Positions 7,671 to 18,662 are shown, counted from the first letter of the stretch. The stretch: 64,000 nt of DNA from a virus (IMGVR_UViG_3300025358_000002:1-64000); one strand, 5' to 3'. Notes: generated from the sequence alone by a model not told the origin. Program-made: numbers and translations.

Positions 7671-9413
7671 ATGACATCAATGTTTGATTACGACGACACA
7701 GTGAACCTGGCATTCGATGCCAAGCTCGCTGGTAAGCAATTAGTGGCTGCTAAGCACGAGCTGCTCTCCCGCGCTGGAGAGTTCTTGTTCCTGGCACACA
7801 CCGACAAGGAGCTTGCTGGTCGCATGCAGATGGTAGAAGCAGACTTTGAAAAGGTTGCTTATCGTAAGCTTGCTAACGTTAGCGACTCAAAGGCTAAGCT
7901 TGTCCGTGCCGTTTACGACGAATGGCAGATCCGTCACGCATCTTGCGAAATGTGCAAGCTTGCATGGGGTTTGAACCCCATCTCTGACATTGGTCAAGCA
8001 ATCTCTGACGTTGGCGGTGCTGCTGGTAAGGCAACAACAGATGTCGTCAAGGGTTTGACCGATGCTGGTAAGGCAGTTGGTCGAGACGTTGGCAATGCAG
8101 CTAAGACTATTGGTAACGATGCCAAGGGTGTTGCTAAGGCAGTTGGTACCGGTGTTGGCGACGTAGCCAGAACTGTTGGTACTGGCGTCAGCGATGCTAC
8201 CAAGGCAGTTGGCAATGAAGTCAAGAAGCTTCCAGGTCAAGTCACAGATGTTGCCAAGACCGTTGGAAATGATGCCAAGGGTGTCGCACGTGCCGTAGGC
8301 ACTGGTGTTGGCGACGTAGCCAGAACTGTTGGAAATGATGCCAAGGGTGTTGCTAAGGCAGTTGGTAACGAAGTTCAAAAGCTTCCTAAGCAAGTTTCAG
8401 ACATCGCTGGTGGCGTTGGCCGCGCAATTGGCCAAGGCGCCAAGGATGTAGGCAACGCTGCCGGTAGCGCAGCCCGCTCTATCAGCAAGGGTGTTGACAT
8501 TGCTGCAAGCGACGTTAACCGCGGCCTTCAGAACGTTGGCCAAGGTGCCAAGGACGTTGCTAAGGCAGTTGGTCGAGACGTTGGCAGTGCAGCCAAGACC
8601 GTTGGAAATGATGCCAAGGGTGTCGCACGTGCCGTAGGCACTGGTGTTGGTGATGCAGTTCGTGGCGCTGAAGGCATTGCTAAGACAGTAGGTAAGGATG
8701 CACTTGGCGTTGCCAAGACTGTAGGTAAGGATGCACTTGGTGTAGCCAAGACAGTTGGCGAAGCCGCAATTGCTCCTGCTGTTGGTGTTGCCAAAGCAGA
8801 AGGTTCACTGGGCAGCCAGTTCATTCAGGGTTTTGAAGGCAAGAAGCCTGCTGCTCCTGCTAAGACTGGTCCTGGCAAGGCTGACGGTTTCAACCCTGCG
8901 CAGAACAAGTCTACTGGTCCTGTAAATGCACCAGCACCTCTTCGTTCAGCTCCACAGGCAACCGGCCTTGCTGCTGGTTCAGCCGCAAAGCCTGCACCAA
9001 AGCCAATGGGCACATCTACTGGTGGTCCTGGTGGCTCCGGTGGTGCTACCACTCAACCCAAGCCTGTAAACAAGGGAATTCACGGTGATCTTGGTCGCCC
9101 AGCACCCGCTCAGCCTGGTGACCGTGTCAAGCCTGGTGACCGTGTCAAGCCTGGTGACCGTGTCAAGCCTGGTGACCGCAGCACAGTAAACGTGAATAAC
9201 CAAAAGCCCAAGACTGGTCCAATTAAGCCAACCAAGTCAATGGCTGACACTGATCACGATGATGATGCAGGTGACAAGACCGAGCAAAACAAGAACGTTG
9301 GCGATGTCAAGAGAATGGTTACACCTCCTGCTGCTCCTGCTGGCGGCGGCGGCAGAGCGCCAAGAGTATCTTCAAAGATCGATTCCATCCGAGACTACTT
9401 GCGCAACAACTAA
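7671..9413 (+). CDS. paralog B with 11-residue amphipathic repeats and Pro-rich tail
   Basis: SD AAGGA; same N-domain as 5715; AKTVGNDAKGV/ARAVGTGVGDV repeats; PGDRVK repeat at 9112-9177. Confidence 0.85.
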   Translation: MTSMFDYDDTVNLAFDAKLAGKQLVAAKHELLSRAGEFLFLAHTDKELAGRMQMVEADFEKVAYRKLANVSDSKAKLVRAVYDEWQIRHASCEMCKLAWGLNPISDIGQAISDVGGAAGKATTDVVKGLTDAGKAVGRDVGNAAKTIGNDAKGVAKAVGTGVGDVARTVGTGVSDATKAVGNEVKKLPGQVTDVAKTVGNDAKGVARAVGTGVGDVARTVGNDAKGVAKAVGNEVQKLPKQVSDIAGGVGRAIGQGAKDVGNAAGSAARSISKGVDIAASDVNRGLQNVGQGAKDVAKAVGRDVGSAAKTVGNDAKGVARAVGTGVGDAVRGAEGIAKTVGKDALGVAKTVGKDALGVAKTVGEAAIAPAVGVAKAEGSLGSQFIQGFEGKKPAAPAKTGPGKADGFNPAQNKSTGPVNAPAPLRSAPQATGLAAGSAAKPAPKPMGTSTGGPGGSGGATTQPKPVNKGIHGDLGRPAPAQPGDRVKPGDRVKPGDRVKPGDRSTVNVNNQKPKTGPIKPTKSMADTDHDDDAGDKTEQNKNVGDVKRMVTPPAAPAGGGGRAPRVSSKIDSIRDYLRNN

Positions 9414-9425
9414 GCAAAGAAATAG

Positions 9426-12400
9426 TTGAGCATGTACAACTCTGCATACAGCTTGAGAGTTCCACCAAAGGTAGCGAACCAAGATCGGGATGATGAAGAT
9501 CTTATAAAGGTTGAAGATACACAAACCTTAATCAACAACCTTACCTTTGGTGGAACACGAGCAGATAACGTTGGACTTGTCGGGGTTACACCTGACATGT
9601 GGGATAAAACACGTGCCGCATGGGCCAGTGGACAATTTCCCAGTGTAGATGACCTTCTACCCGGACGTACTGCTAGAAACACGCATGCTGGTTTTAAGAA
9701 GCGTGTAGCTAGTATGCCAGCACTTGTCACTACTGGCCAAGTTGAAACAGAAGCTAGTGATCGCGGTTTAGGCGGCGCTGAAGTAGAAGCGTACATTGCC
9801 AATCACCCAACTAGAACTGGTGTTGCTAAAACGTTTGAAAACATTAAGCATTTTGAAAGTGGGCGTCACTTTGATATTGACCTGAGCTATGTACCAGATG
9901 GTACGGACTCATTCCGCTTAAAAGCAAAAGTAAAAACAAGAAGTGGGCAGAACGTCCACGGCGATCATGTCTTTGACGTTGCTAGCGGCAAGTGGCACCC
10001 AGAATCAGATGTTACAGCTACGTATGACGGGTACAATCCAATCGATGTATTGACGGAAGCGCCAGAAGATTTCCACGACGTTGTCGGTACGGCATGGAAG
10101 TTGCCACACCCAACATTGGCTTCATGCAAAACGTGCCACAGATCCCCCAAGTTTTTGCGCAAAATGCTTGAGCTTCTTGATCCCAAGAAGTGCACCACGT
10201 GTGGAAAAGTAGGACGTCTACCAGAGTATGATTACGAATCAGGTAGCTGGGAAGGCAACAGAGAAACCAGCGCGTTTAGCCAGTGGCGTGGACGCATCTG
10301 TGCAAACGACAAGTGTGCTAATAAGGGTAAGAACGTAGCTACTGAGCCTGCTTACGTAGATACGGAAAACTTTGACATCATTCTTCCTGGTGAACAAGGT
10401 CGTCAGGAAAGACGTCAATACATTCTTACTCCAGAAAAAATTCGTCACATCAACGAAACGTTAAGACCAAGAACAATTGAAAATATTGATCAAGCAACAA
10501 AGTTGTTAACGGCCGCTAGAGATTTAAAAGACCTAAGCGAAAACGGAGATTTTCAAGCCGCAGTTAAAGCTTGGAATGATGGTCAAAACCGATTGCACGA
10601 AATTAATCGTGCTTTGAGCAATCACAGACTTGTCGCAAAATATGAAGAGGGAAGAGAATTTAGCGAAGACCACCTTCCTTTTGAAACGGTGTACGACAAC
10701 GATGAATTCTCTTCAAGAATAAATGGGAACAACGTAAAAGCAATTCAACTGCCCATTCAATCTCCGGTTTGCGATCACCAAGAATGCGATAGCTACGGTC
10801 AACCAATTGCAGTAAAAAATGACAAACGACCAGACACAAAACCAGTTTGCCAACACTGCATGAGAAGTTCTGATGATGGCGTTGATGTCGCACAAAGACC
10901 AGACGGTTATTCACGTTGCAACCCTATGACATACGGTGCCAACACATGTGCACCAATGCCAGATCGTATTACTGACCCCAAAACGTACTTTGGTTTCTTG
11001 ACGCCAGATCCCGACAATAAGCTACCTGTTGCTAAGCGTCTTAAAAAGGGTCTTGCTATCATGTTTGGTCGTACCCGTCAAGAGCGCGACCGCATGAGTC
11101 CGTATGGGTCTTACCCGGGAATGCAAGCAACGCTAGTAAAGCGTCCTGGTGGTTCTGTAGAAAACAAAATCAATGGTGAGTATGTATCTGTCAACCACGG
11201 TTTTGAGCGAGCAAGCGATTACATGCGGTATGGTCCAGAAAGTGGCCATGCACCGTTTGTTTACCTGGGTACAGCGGGCAGAAATTTTGATAGCGATTTG
11301 TACAGAGTAGACCCAAGCAACCCTTACGACGCAGATGAAATTATTAACCGTGCTCGAGACGAAAAAATCACTCCAGATCTGTTTAAGCAGTTGACTGCCA
11401 CGCCAGTAATTGATGGCGGAGACAAGTTTGAGGCAGAGCATGACTTAGGTGGCGATGCAAGCTACAGCTTCAATGCCCCAGGTTCTACTGAAGAAGAAAC
11501 ACCTGGCATTACATTTGGTCCCAAGGGTCTTACCGCAGCAGATATTGCGCAAGATCAGCCAGACCTATACAAACCAGAACCAGCAATAGACTCAAAGGGC
11601 AACATCATCGCCCCTGGTCTTGACCAAGATACGTGGGATATTTTTACCGGTAGAAAGAACCGAGAAATATCAACAGTTGGTCAAATAATGGATTACATCC
11701 GTGGGATAACTGGTGGCGGTGATTTACCAATCAACCACCGTCCTAAGCGCAAAAAGCGTTCGTTCAAGATTTCGTCAATAGACAATGGTGATCTTTCGTA
11801 CGCAATTGAGGACTCCAGCGATCCAAACGATCCAGAGCTTAGACAATTAGAATCTATGCCACCACGCATTGAACAAGATCCCTCTTTTGTCTTTAGAGAC
11901 GATAGCGTTCTACTACCACAAAAACCAGAAACAACGGCAGACTGCGGTTACTGCGGTAGTTTCTCTAAATACAACGAACCGGAAAACGCTGTTTTCAATG
12001 ACAGCAAGCCCCACTGCGGTGAATGCAGAGATCCTCGATGCAGAGGTGCGCGCGGAAAAAAGGCTCACTGCTCTAGCTGTCCACAATCAGAAAAATGTAA
12101 GGGCCGTGAGCGTTGGTGGTACAAGTTTAAGGGTTTCAAGTGCCCAGCATGCTTGAACACGGGCAAGGTTAAATTCAATAGACAGCACTGTGTAAGTTGC
12201 AAGAACAACGAATGCAAGGGGCCAGACAACCCACAAACTTCACATTGCACAGGATGTTCGGAACACGCTAAAGAACAAGCTGGCCAAGATCACGATACTA
12301 CTCGCGGTTTGCACGCAAGATTCCCTGACGAAATCCCCACGGAATTTTTGGATCCAGAACTTGGAATTTCTGGTAAAGGTACAACACGAGCTAAAGAAAG

Positions 12401-13121
12401 AACGCTTGACGAAGTTGTCGGAGAAGCCCCAGAAGCATCAAAGGTTATCAACGAGCGTTTTAAGAAAAAGCTCTTTGACCCAGAAGCAGAAGGTGTTTTC
12501 CCCACCGAAGAATCTATGGCATATGGCCAGGATGTTGCCAGAGAAATTCGTGCAGAAGACCTTGCAGAAGGCTACGTAGCACCCTTGCCTGAAGAACAAG
12601 ATCTTGCTACACTTAATCAATACGGTCCGACAGCGTTGTTTAATAGCGGGATTAAGCTAAAAACTGTAGACAGCAAAGATGTGCAGCAAGCACTCGAGTC
12701 TGACATTCAAAACGACCTCATGGAAAGAAGTACCTACAGCCCTGTTCAACAAGCCCGTTTTGATGATCCTTCAATCATTGAACTGCGTAATAACGTTGCA
12801 GAAATGGTTGAGGACAACTACAACGATGACGACGATCAGCCGGTTGTTGAAAGTGCAACACCTGTTCTTGACGGTGTGATTGACGAAAGAGTGAATAGGC
12901 GCAGTTTTACTACTACTCCAGTAATTGAGCATGACATCAATTGCAAGAAATGCAACCGAGGAATTATTAAGTTCGACCAAGTTTCACCCGAAGAAATGGC
13001 ATCTATCAATAGAAGCATTGAAGATGGTACGGCGCGTATTAACAGCCAGACCAAGAATGAATTGGAAAGACGTAAGCTAATCAGTCAGTTAACGGCAGAC
13101 GCTTATAAGTGTAAAGGTTAA
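9426..13121 (+). CDS. large Cys-rich (multi-CxxC) hypothetical protein
   Basis: 1231 aa ORF with more than 10 CxxC/CxxxxC motifs; start 9426 or 9432. Confidence 0.8.
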   Translation: MSMYNSAYSLRVPPKVANQDRDDEDLIKVEDTQTLINNLTFGGTRADNVGLVGVTPDMWDKTRAAWASGQFPSVDDLLPGRTARNTHAGFKKRVASMPALVTTGQVETEASDRGLGGAEVEAYIANHPTRTGVAKTFENIKHFESGRHFDIDLSYVPDGTDSFRLKAKVKTRSGQNVHGDHVFDVASGKWHPESDVTATYDGYNPIDVLTEAPEDFHDVVGTAWKLPHPTLASCKTCHRSPKFLRKMLELLDPKKCTTCGKVGRLPEYDYESGSWEGNRETSAFSQWRGRICANDKCANKGKNVATEPAYVDTENFDIILPGEQGRQERRQYILTPEKIRHINETLRPRTIENIDQATKLLTAARDLKDLSENGDFQAAVKAWNDGQNRLHEINRALSNHRLVAKYEEGREFSEDHLPFETVYDNDEFSSRINGNNVKAIQLPIQSPVCDHQECDSYGQPIAVKNDKRPDTKPVCQHCMRSSDDGVDVAQRPDGYSRCNPMTYGANTCAPMPDRITDPKTYFGFLTPDPDNKLPVAKRLKKGLAIMFGRTRQERDRMSPYGSYPGMQATLVKRPGGSVENKINGEYVSVNHGFERASDYMRYGPESGHAPFVYLGTAGRNFDSDLYRVDPSNPYDADEIINRARDEKITPDLFKQLTATPVIDGGDKFEAEHDLGGDASYSFNAPGSTEEETPGITFGPKGLTAADIAQDQPDLYKPEPAIDSKGNIIAPGLDQDTWDIFTGRKNREISTVGQIMDYIRGITGGGDLPINHRPKRKKRSFKISSIDNGDLSYAIEDSSDPNDPELRQLESMPPRIEQDPSFVFRDDSVLLPQKPETTADCGYCGSFSKYNEPENAVFNDSKPHCGECRDPRCRGARGKKAHCSSCPQSEKCKGRERWWYKFKGFKCPACLNTGKVKFNRQHCVSCKNNECKGPDNPQTSHCTGCSEHAKEQAGQDHDTTRGLHARFPDEIPTEFLDPELGISGKGTTRAKERTLDEVVGEAPEASKVINERFKKKLFDPEAEGVFPTEESMAYGQDVAREIRAEDLAEGYVAPLPEEQDLATLNQYGPTALFNSGIKLKTVDSKDVQQALESDIQNDLMERSTYSPVQQARFDDPSIIELRNNVAEMVEDNYNDDDDQPVVESATPVLDGVIDERVNRRSFTTTPVIEHDINCKKCNRGIIKFDQVSPEEMASINRSIEDGTARINSQTKNELERRKLISQLTADAYKCKG

Positions 13122-13122
13122 C

Positions 13123-13821
13123 ATGGAAAACCAAGAAAGAAAAATTGTTGCCGGTATACCGGTACACAGTCAAACATGCGTAGTCGCTAGACACCGCAGA
13201 AGAATGCCAGATCGTATGTTTGAGCTTGTATATGGCTTTCCTAAAACTTCAATGCCAGCGTGTGGACCCGACCCGTTAAATAAGCCAGAGGCAAAACAAT
13301 ACGACGAAGATGGCAATATTATCACAAAGACAAAACAAGAAAAAGAAGAAGAGCGCGAAACAACAGAAAGATATAGCCCTAGCAGAGATCGTACTCGCGC
13401 CATGGCTTTGGTAATGACCGACCGCTCTCACATTTGTTCTTGCGTTGCTCACGAACCAATATTTAGAGATCACAATGCATCGATGCTTATACACGCGCAA
13501 GATCTTAGACCAACAAGAAACCCTGGTGAATCCAAAAATGACCAGAGAATTATGGACTCTCTGGCATTGACACGTTTGCGGAATGCAATGAGACGAATGA
13601 ATATATTCCAGCAAAAAGCACGTACCAGAGAAGAACTTATCAATCAACGCCAACAACAGCCAGACGACCCCAACGATTTTGGCAATGAAGATTTTGGTGT
13701 TTACGCCGGTACTGACAGACCTCAGGAAGCGCCAACTTTTGATGTTTCTCAATTCCTTGGTGAAGATTCCGGTTGGAAAGAATACGTGCAGGGTCCCGAC
13801 GAAGAAGAAGGCTTCTTTTAA
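13123..13821 (+). CDS. hypothetical protein
   Basis: 232 aa, tightly packed, N-terminal RKIVA. Confidence 0.75.
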   Translation: MENQERKIVAGIPVHSQTCVVARHRRRMPDRMFELVYGFPKTSMPACGPDPLNKPEAKQYDEDGNIITKTKQEKEEERETTERYSPSRDRTRAMALVMTDRSHICSCVAHEPIFRDHNASMLIHAQDLRPTRNPGESKNDQRIMDSLALTRLRNAMRRMNIFQQKARTREELINQRQQQPDDPNDFGNEDFGVYAGTDRPQEAPTFDVSQFLGEDSGWKEYVQGPDEEEGFF

Positions 13822-13823
13822 TA

Positions 13824-16463
13824 ATGCGTAAATTTCGTTTTAACAAGTCTGCAGCAGATCAACCACTGTCACCAGACAGCCCTGTCCAGATACCTGATTG
13901 GTTCCCTGATACAGAAGAAGGTCCTAAAAATAATACTGTCAGTTTTGATCAATGGGTTGCCAACGAAGCACACCGCAAGGGTGTAGAAGAATTTGTTGCA
14001 AAACAAAGAAAAAACAGAGCAGAACGCAGACGCATTTCTCAGCCTTACGGCGTTTACAGCTTTGATGATGATTTAAATCCAATTATCGACATCTATCACC
14101 AATCACAACAGCAATGGAAAAACAACCTTGATGCAAGAGGTCGTTTGAAAGTAATCGAGCAAAGAAGATACCTTGAACACCCAGATAGCGGCTACGAATC
14201 AACCGTAATTCCGTTAGAGTCGTATGTTCACAAACCAGAGTTCGTTAAGCTAGCTCCTAACGGACTTACTGTGTTCAGACGCAAAACGACAAATGGCACA
14301 AGACTGACCACTGCTGTCGACAAAGCACAAAAAATTGTTGACCAAGCTCGGGCCACAGAAATGCTCCGTTCAAGCACGGGCGGTGCAAAGGTTGTTGACG
14401 AGTTGGATCCTGAGCATCCGCTTAACATTCTTCAAGCTTTTGGACCAGAAGCTGTTTACTCTCGTATTTTTACCGATAATCGTATGCCAATGGCAGCTGC
14501 AGCTCCCAGTGGAGAAGACAGCGCAGCAGAACAAGAAAGAATGGCAAGAACTAAGCTATGTATCTGTGACCACGCTGAGGAACACCACGTTAGTGCAAAA
14601 GAAGCAGCTGATCGACCAGACGAGACTCTGCAAATTCACGAATTTACTCCACAGTATGTTATCGACGCAGCAACTGGTCGCGCTGTACCTGGTTCAACAG
14701 TTAGAGCGAATCAGTCAATTTTGCGTCATGCTTTGTTGACACCAAACAGAAGCGATAACCCCAGCAAGGTAGAACCCAAGGTCGTTAGAGCTGACAAAGG
14801 TATGGGTTCTGCTTATATGCCAATCGCTCGTATTGGTCTAACGGGTAGCCGTGTAACCAAGGTATACATTAGGCCAACTGGCAAAGACAAGTATGGCAAT
14901 GACATCGCTGCTGTTGTGGCAGAGAAACCCAACACCAGTGCATTTAAAACATGTCCTGGAGACAAGGCTCGTGGGATTAAATGCTTTGGCGGCAAGCTGA
15001 ACCCACGTCGTACCATAAGCAGCATTGAATGCCAAGACGATATGAAGGGCAACCCGATCTACTCGCAAGATGGCAGCAGACAAATTGCTGTAGGTCTTGG
15101 TGGCGGGAAAATCAGAATCCTTAATCAAGAAGATTGCCCAACATGTAAAGATTGTAAAGGTTCTTTGGGACACTGGCAGAACAACAAGTCTGGGAACACA
15201 TGGATCCCATGTACCACTTGTCACGATGGTGAGAAAAGCACCGGCAAAGATCTTTCTGCGCTGGAGTCTACGCAATGTGGCAACTGCCCTTCCGAGAACT
15301 CATCGATTCCTCTTACCGATAACAATCTGTGCCGCATTTGTGGCGGAACAGGACGTGTTAACGAACGTTACAGAGAAGGCGATCGAGTATTGCCAAGACC
15401 ACAAACTGAAGTGTACAGAGAAGAACAGCGATTGTTTGAAGGCGTTCCAGTAACATTTGAAACGTTTGATTCCAGTGGTTGGGGCGACAGCCACATTGAC
15501 GGATACGGGCCTCCAAAAGCAGATTGCAAAATATGTCATGGAGACACTGAGTACCAAGATGCAAACACTGGTCTGCCCTGCAAGTGCAGTATTGGATCCT
15601 TTTCATCTGGAGAATTGATTGCTCCTAAGGATTTTAGAGGTGTAACACCAAACGGTATTAATTGCCCATTGTTCCTTTACCAAGCTGCTCTTAAAAAGCA
15701 CTTTGAAGGTCGAAAGGGTTCGAACCCACACACATTGATAACTGACTGGGATTTCGTTGATCCATTGACAAACCTGCCACGCAACGAAACAGCACCAGAC
15801 GGAAGACCTTCACTAACTTATTCAGCACAAGATACAGGGCTCGCACTCTCAGCTGATGGTGAATCAAGAGTAAACGTTGAGGACAGAAGCATCCCAGCAT
15901 CAAGATACTTGGGTATGTACATGCCTGGCAACAGCTTTACTCCTGAAGAGGTTGAACAATTGACACAACGCAGTATCAAGCACAGGCAGAGCAGAAACGC
16001 TAAATACCGCGCAGGTTCTATGGAGTTGCATGATATAGCAGAAGTGTTAGAAAAGCGCTTCGCGTCTATGCCAATCAACATCCCCGGCGTAAACATTGCA
16101 GCACCCACCGTAAAGAAAAAGGTGGATGGCACGATGGATGCCACAACAATGCACCCAAGAGTGCAGCAAGCTGCTTCTGATATTGAAAGTAAACTGCCAA
16201 ACATCGGTGTTGACCCAAGTACTCTTAGCGATACTTTGCCTAAGGTATTGGAAAGTGCTTCACGCGTAGAACACGCTCGTGACTCCGGAGCACCTGAAGA
16301 TGAACACTTTGACAACTATCAGCGTTCGTTGAACGACCTGCTGGATGACACCATCAGAAGACACGGTAGAGAAACTGCTGACAAACTTCCAGAATTGTTG
16401 CAGGGTCTACCATCATCTCCCATTATTTCTACACCAGTACCTAAGACGGAAGATATTTCTTAA
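13824..16463 (+). CDS. large hypothetical protein with DnaJ-like CxxCxGxG zinc-finger repeats
   Basis: ATG 13824 (MRKFRFNKSAAD); CKDCKGSLG, CRICGGTG, CKICHGD. Confidence 0.8.
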   Translation: MRKFRFNKSAADQPLSPDSPVQIPDWFPDTEEGPKNNTVSFDQWVANEAHRKGVEEFVAKQRKNRAERRRISQPYGVYSFDDDLNPIIDIYHQSQQQWKNNLDARGRLKVIEQRRYLEHPDSGYESTVIPLESYVHKPEFVKLAPNGLTVFRRKTTNGTRLTTAVDKAQKIVDQARATEMLRSSTGGAKVVDELDPEHPLNILQAFGPEAVYSRIFTDNRMPMAAAAPSGEDSAAEQERMARTKLCICDHAEEHHVSAKEAADRPDETLQIHEFTPQYVIDAATGRAVPGSTVRANQSILRHALLTPNRSDNPSKVEPKVVRADKGMGSAYMPIARIGLTGSRVTKVYIRPTGKDKYGNDIAAVVAEKPNTSAFKTCPGDKARGIKCFGGKLNPRRTISSIECQDDMKGNPIYSQDGSRQIAVGLGGGKIRILNQEDCPTCKDCKGSLGHWQNNKSGNTWIPCTTCHDGEKSTGKDLSALESTQCGNCPSENSSIPLTDNNLCRICGGTGRVNERYREGDRVLPRPQTEVYREEQRLFEGVPVTFETFDSSGWGDSHIDGYGPPKADCKICHGDTEYQDANTGLPCKCSIGSFSSGELIAPKDFRGVTPNGINCPLFLYQAALKKHFEGRKGSNPHTLITDWDFVDPLTNLPRNETAPDGRPSLTYSAQDTGLALSADGESRVNVEDRSIPASRYLGMYMPGNSFTPEEVEQLTQRSIKHRQSRNAKYRAGSMELHDIAEVLEKRFASMPINIPGVNIAAPTVKKKVDGTMDATTMHPRVQQAASDIESKLPNIGVDPSTLSDTLPKVLESASRVEHARDSGAPEDEHFDNYQRSLNDLLDDTIRRHGRETADKLPELLQGLPSSPIISTPVPKTEDIS

Positions 16464-18662
16464 ATGACAAACAAGAGATTCAACGCAAAATATGCTATGG
16501 ACCCAGACCGGGTATATTCATTGGGCGATCTCGAGGGTCTCGAGGGCGTTAATGGTGATTTTAACGTCCTTGATGAGAATGGTCAACCTATCAGCAGCGA
16601 AGAATATGAACCGTTGGATGATTTCGATTTTGACAGTGGTGACCCAATTGAAGTAGAAGAACCAGAAAAAGTTGATCTAAGCCGTGCCCTTTTTGGACCG
16701 ATTACTACTTTAACCCCTAAACCTATAGACAGAAATCTATTATCAACACCTATCAGCATAGTTCCGCAACCCACTCGTTATAACCCAAACCCTGCAGCGA
16801 GGCCTTTAATTATTGAGAATACGAACACGGGTGAAAAAGAACGTCTTAAAATTAAAGAAAAATATGTGCATGATCCTAAATTATGGGTCGCACATGTAAA
16901 ACAAGAAGTTGCTAAGAAGCTCTTCAGACAAGTAAACGATCCAGTTGCAGCAGAAGCAAGTCGTCAAAAAGAAGAACTCACAGTAGCAAACTTAGAAGCC
17001 AACAACCACATGAGTGCTGTGTATCGGTTAATGGAAGAAGCGCAAAGAATTTCTCCTGAAACGCAGTGCCCTACGTGCAATGGAAATGGTTGTCTGCACC
17101 CTAGATGCTTGGGTACTGGTCACTGGGGTGACCCATCTTCATTGGCAAACATCCGTGCAAACGTTGATGCATTCAACAATGACTTAGATTTTCATCAAAG
17201 CGTATGTATTGGCCACACGTGTTATACCGAAGGCACTGACAAGAAAGCGCTTAAGTGCACTTATAAGCCAATTGTAGACCGCTTATTACGCGAACCTAAT
17301 GCAGAAAAGAACATCATACCATCAACGTCTGAGATCAGAGGTCGTAAAAAAACCGGAATTGCAATGCTTGACAAGATTTTGTCAAGGAGAGAAGTAATTG
17401 ACGAGTTCAAGCCCACAGCACCTTTGCTTAAACTGCTTGGAACGCGTAAGGACGATCAAGAACCCGGCATCGGAACGTTGTGCCACTACTTGAATTTTGA
17501 CAAGATTCAAACAGGAACCGGCACCAATGGCATCGATTTCAGCAAGGGAACAGACAATTCTAATGTTTTTAGTTCTGGTGGCGACTCAAGAGGCGGTGGC
17601 GGTAGAGACAAGCAATCGTTTGCTGTTCCAGTATCAAAAAATGATGATGGAACCTATGATATCCTTGTCTCTTACAGACCATCTACTGCGATCAACAAAA
17701 ACTACCGCAACAGAATGAAGGGCAAAGTAAAGAGAGGAATGACATTCCTCTTTAGTGCTGGTAGAGATGCCATCTCAAGTCGTAACGATGATTCTAACGA
17801 GCACAAGAAGCTGACCAAACATCTCGGCAATTTGTTCGACAGTGTTGCCCACTATTTTGGCGAAGAGCGTTCTCCGGTAACAGGATTTGACGTTGTCAGA
17901 CCAGGTGAGCGTATTTACGGTGACAGAGTAATGCAAATCGTTAAGAACGTAAGTGGCAATTATCTGGCACCTGTCGGTGACACTACTGCAGCGGCAATCT
18001 GTGACTCTGGTGAAATGCCAGCAAAAAACAGAAAAAAGCGTACCTTTACAAGAGTGCGCGTTGGCACTGGTTTTGATGAACAGAGCCTTAGGAATTTTGC
18101 GCTTAGCGGCAGTGAAGAAGTTTCATCTGCCATTCATGCTCTTAGAAATCACGGTATGCGACAGCTTGAACGCATCAAGCAGAAAGCTCTCCCAACACAG
18201 CCAAAGTACATTCAGGATGCTTTTAACGGTGTAAATTTTGACTTCTTAGAAGGTGTTACTCCCCACGGACACGGCATTGATACACCAAGCGAAGACATTG
18301 GAACGCACTGGACTGACTACGCAGGACCTCTTGAGACAGTGCAACCTAGAGGAAAGCCCGAAAAAGACATACAACCCGTATTTAATAGTGGTGGTTTGCT
18401 GCCAGAAGTTGATACAACACAACCAATTGCTGGGTTTGAGCCCGAAAAGATGCCAGAGGTACCGCCTCGGACTCAAGAAGCAATTGCCACTCCAAGCAGA
18501 CAAAACGCTGTTCTCAAGATGATCCAGCAAGCAGCGGGACCAGAATCTGTAGATACGCCAGAGAAAAGAAAGCGCGCAATCGATGGATTCCGTTCAGAAG
18601 GCGGTATCGATGGAAGTTTCCGCGCGCTTGGAATACCTACAGAAGAAAACAAGGAACAATAA
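16464..18662 (+). CDS. large hypothetical protein with CxxCxGxG motif
   Basis: 732 aa; CPTCNGNGC..RCLGTG; N-terminus MTNKRFNAKYA. Confidence 0.8.
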   Translation: MTNKRFNAKYAMDPDRVYSLGDLEGLEGVNGDFNVLDENGQPISSEEYEPLDDFDFDSGDPIEVEEPEKVDLSRALFGPITTLTPKPIDRNLLSTPISIVPQPTRYNPNPAARPLIIENTNTGEKERLKIKEKYVHDPKLWVAHVKQEVAKKLFRQVNDPVAAEASRQKEELTVANLEANNHMSAVYRLMEEAQRISPETQCPTCNGNGCLHPRCLGTGHWGDPSSLANIRANVDAFNNDLDFHQSVCIGHTCYTEGTDKKALKCTYKPIVDRLLREPNAEKNIIPSTSEIRGRKKTGIAMLDKILSRREVIDEFKPTAPLLKLLGTRKDDQEPGIGTLCHYLNFDKIQTGTGTNGIDFSKGTDNSNVFSSGGDSRGGGGRDKQSFAVPVSKNDDGTYDILVSYRPSTAINKNYRNRMKGKVKRGMTFLFSAGRDAISSRNDDSNEHKKLTKHLGNLFDSVAHYFGEERSPVTGFDVVRPGERIYGDRVMQIVKNVSGNYLAPVGDTTAAAICDSGEMPAKNRKKRTFTRVRVGTGFDEQSLRNFALSGSEEVSSAIHALRNHGMRQLERIKQKALPTQPKYIQDAFNGVNFDFLEGVTPHGHGIDTPSEDIGTHWTDYAGPLETVQPRGKPEKDIQPVFNSGGLLPEVDTTQPIAGFEPEKMPEVPPRTQEAIATPSRQNAVLKMIQQAAGPESVDTPEKRKRAIDGFRSEGGIDGSFRALGIPTEENKEQ

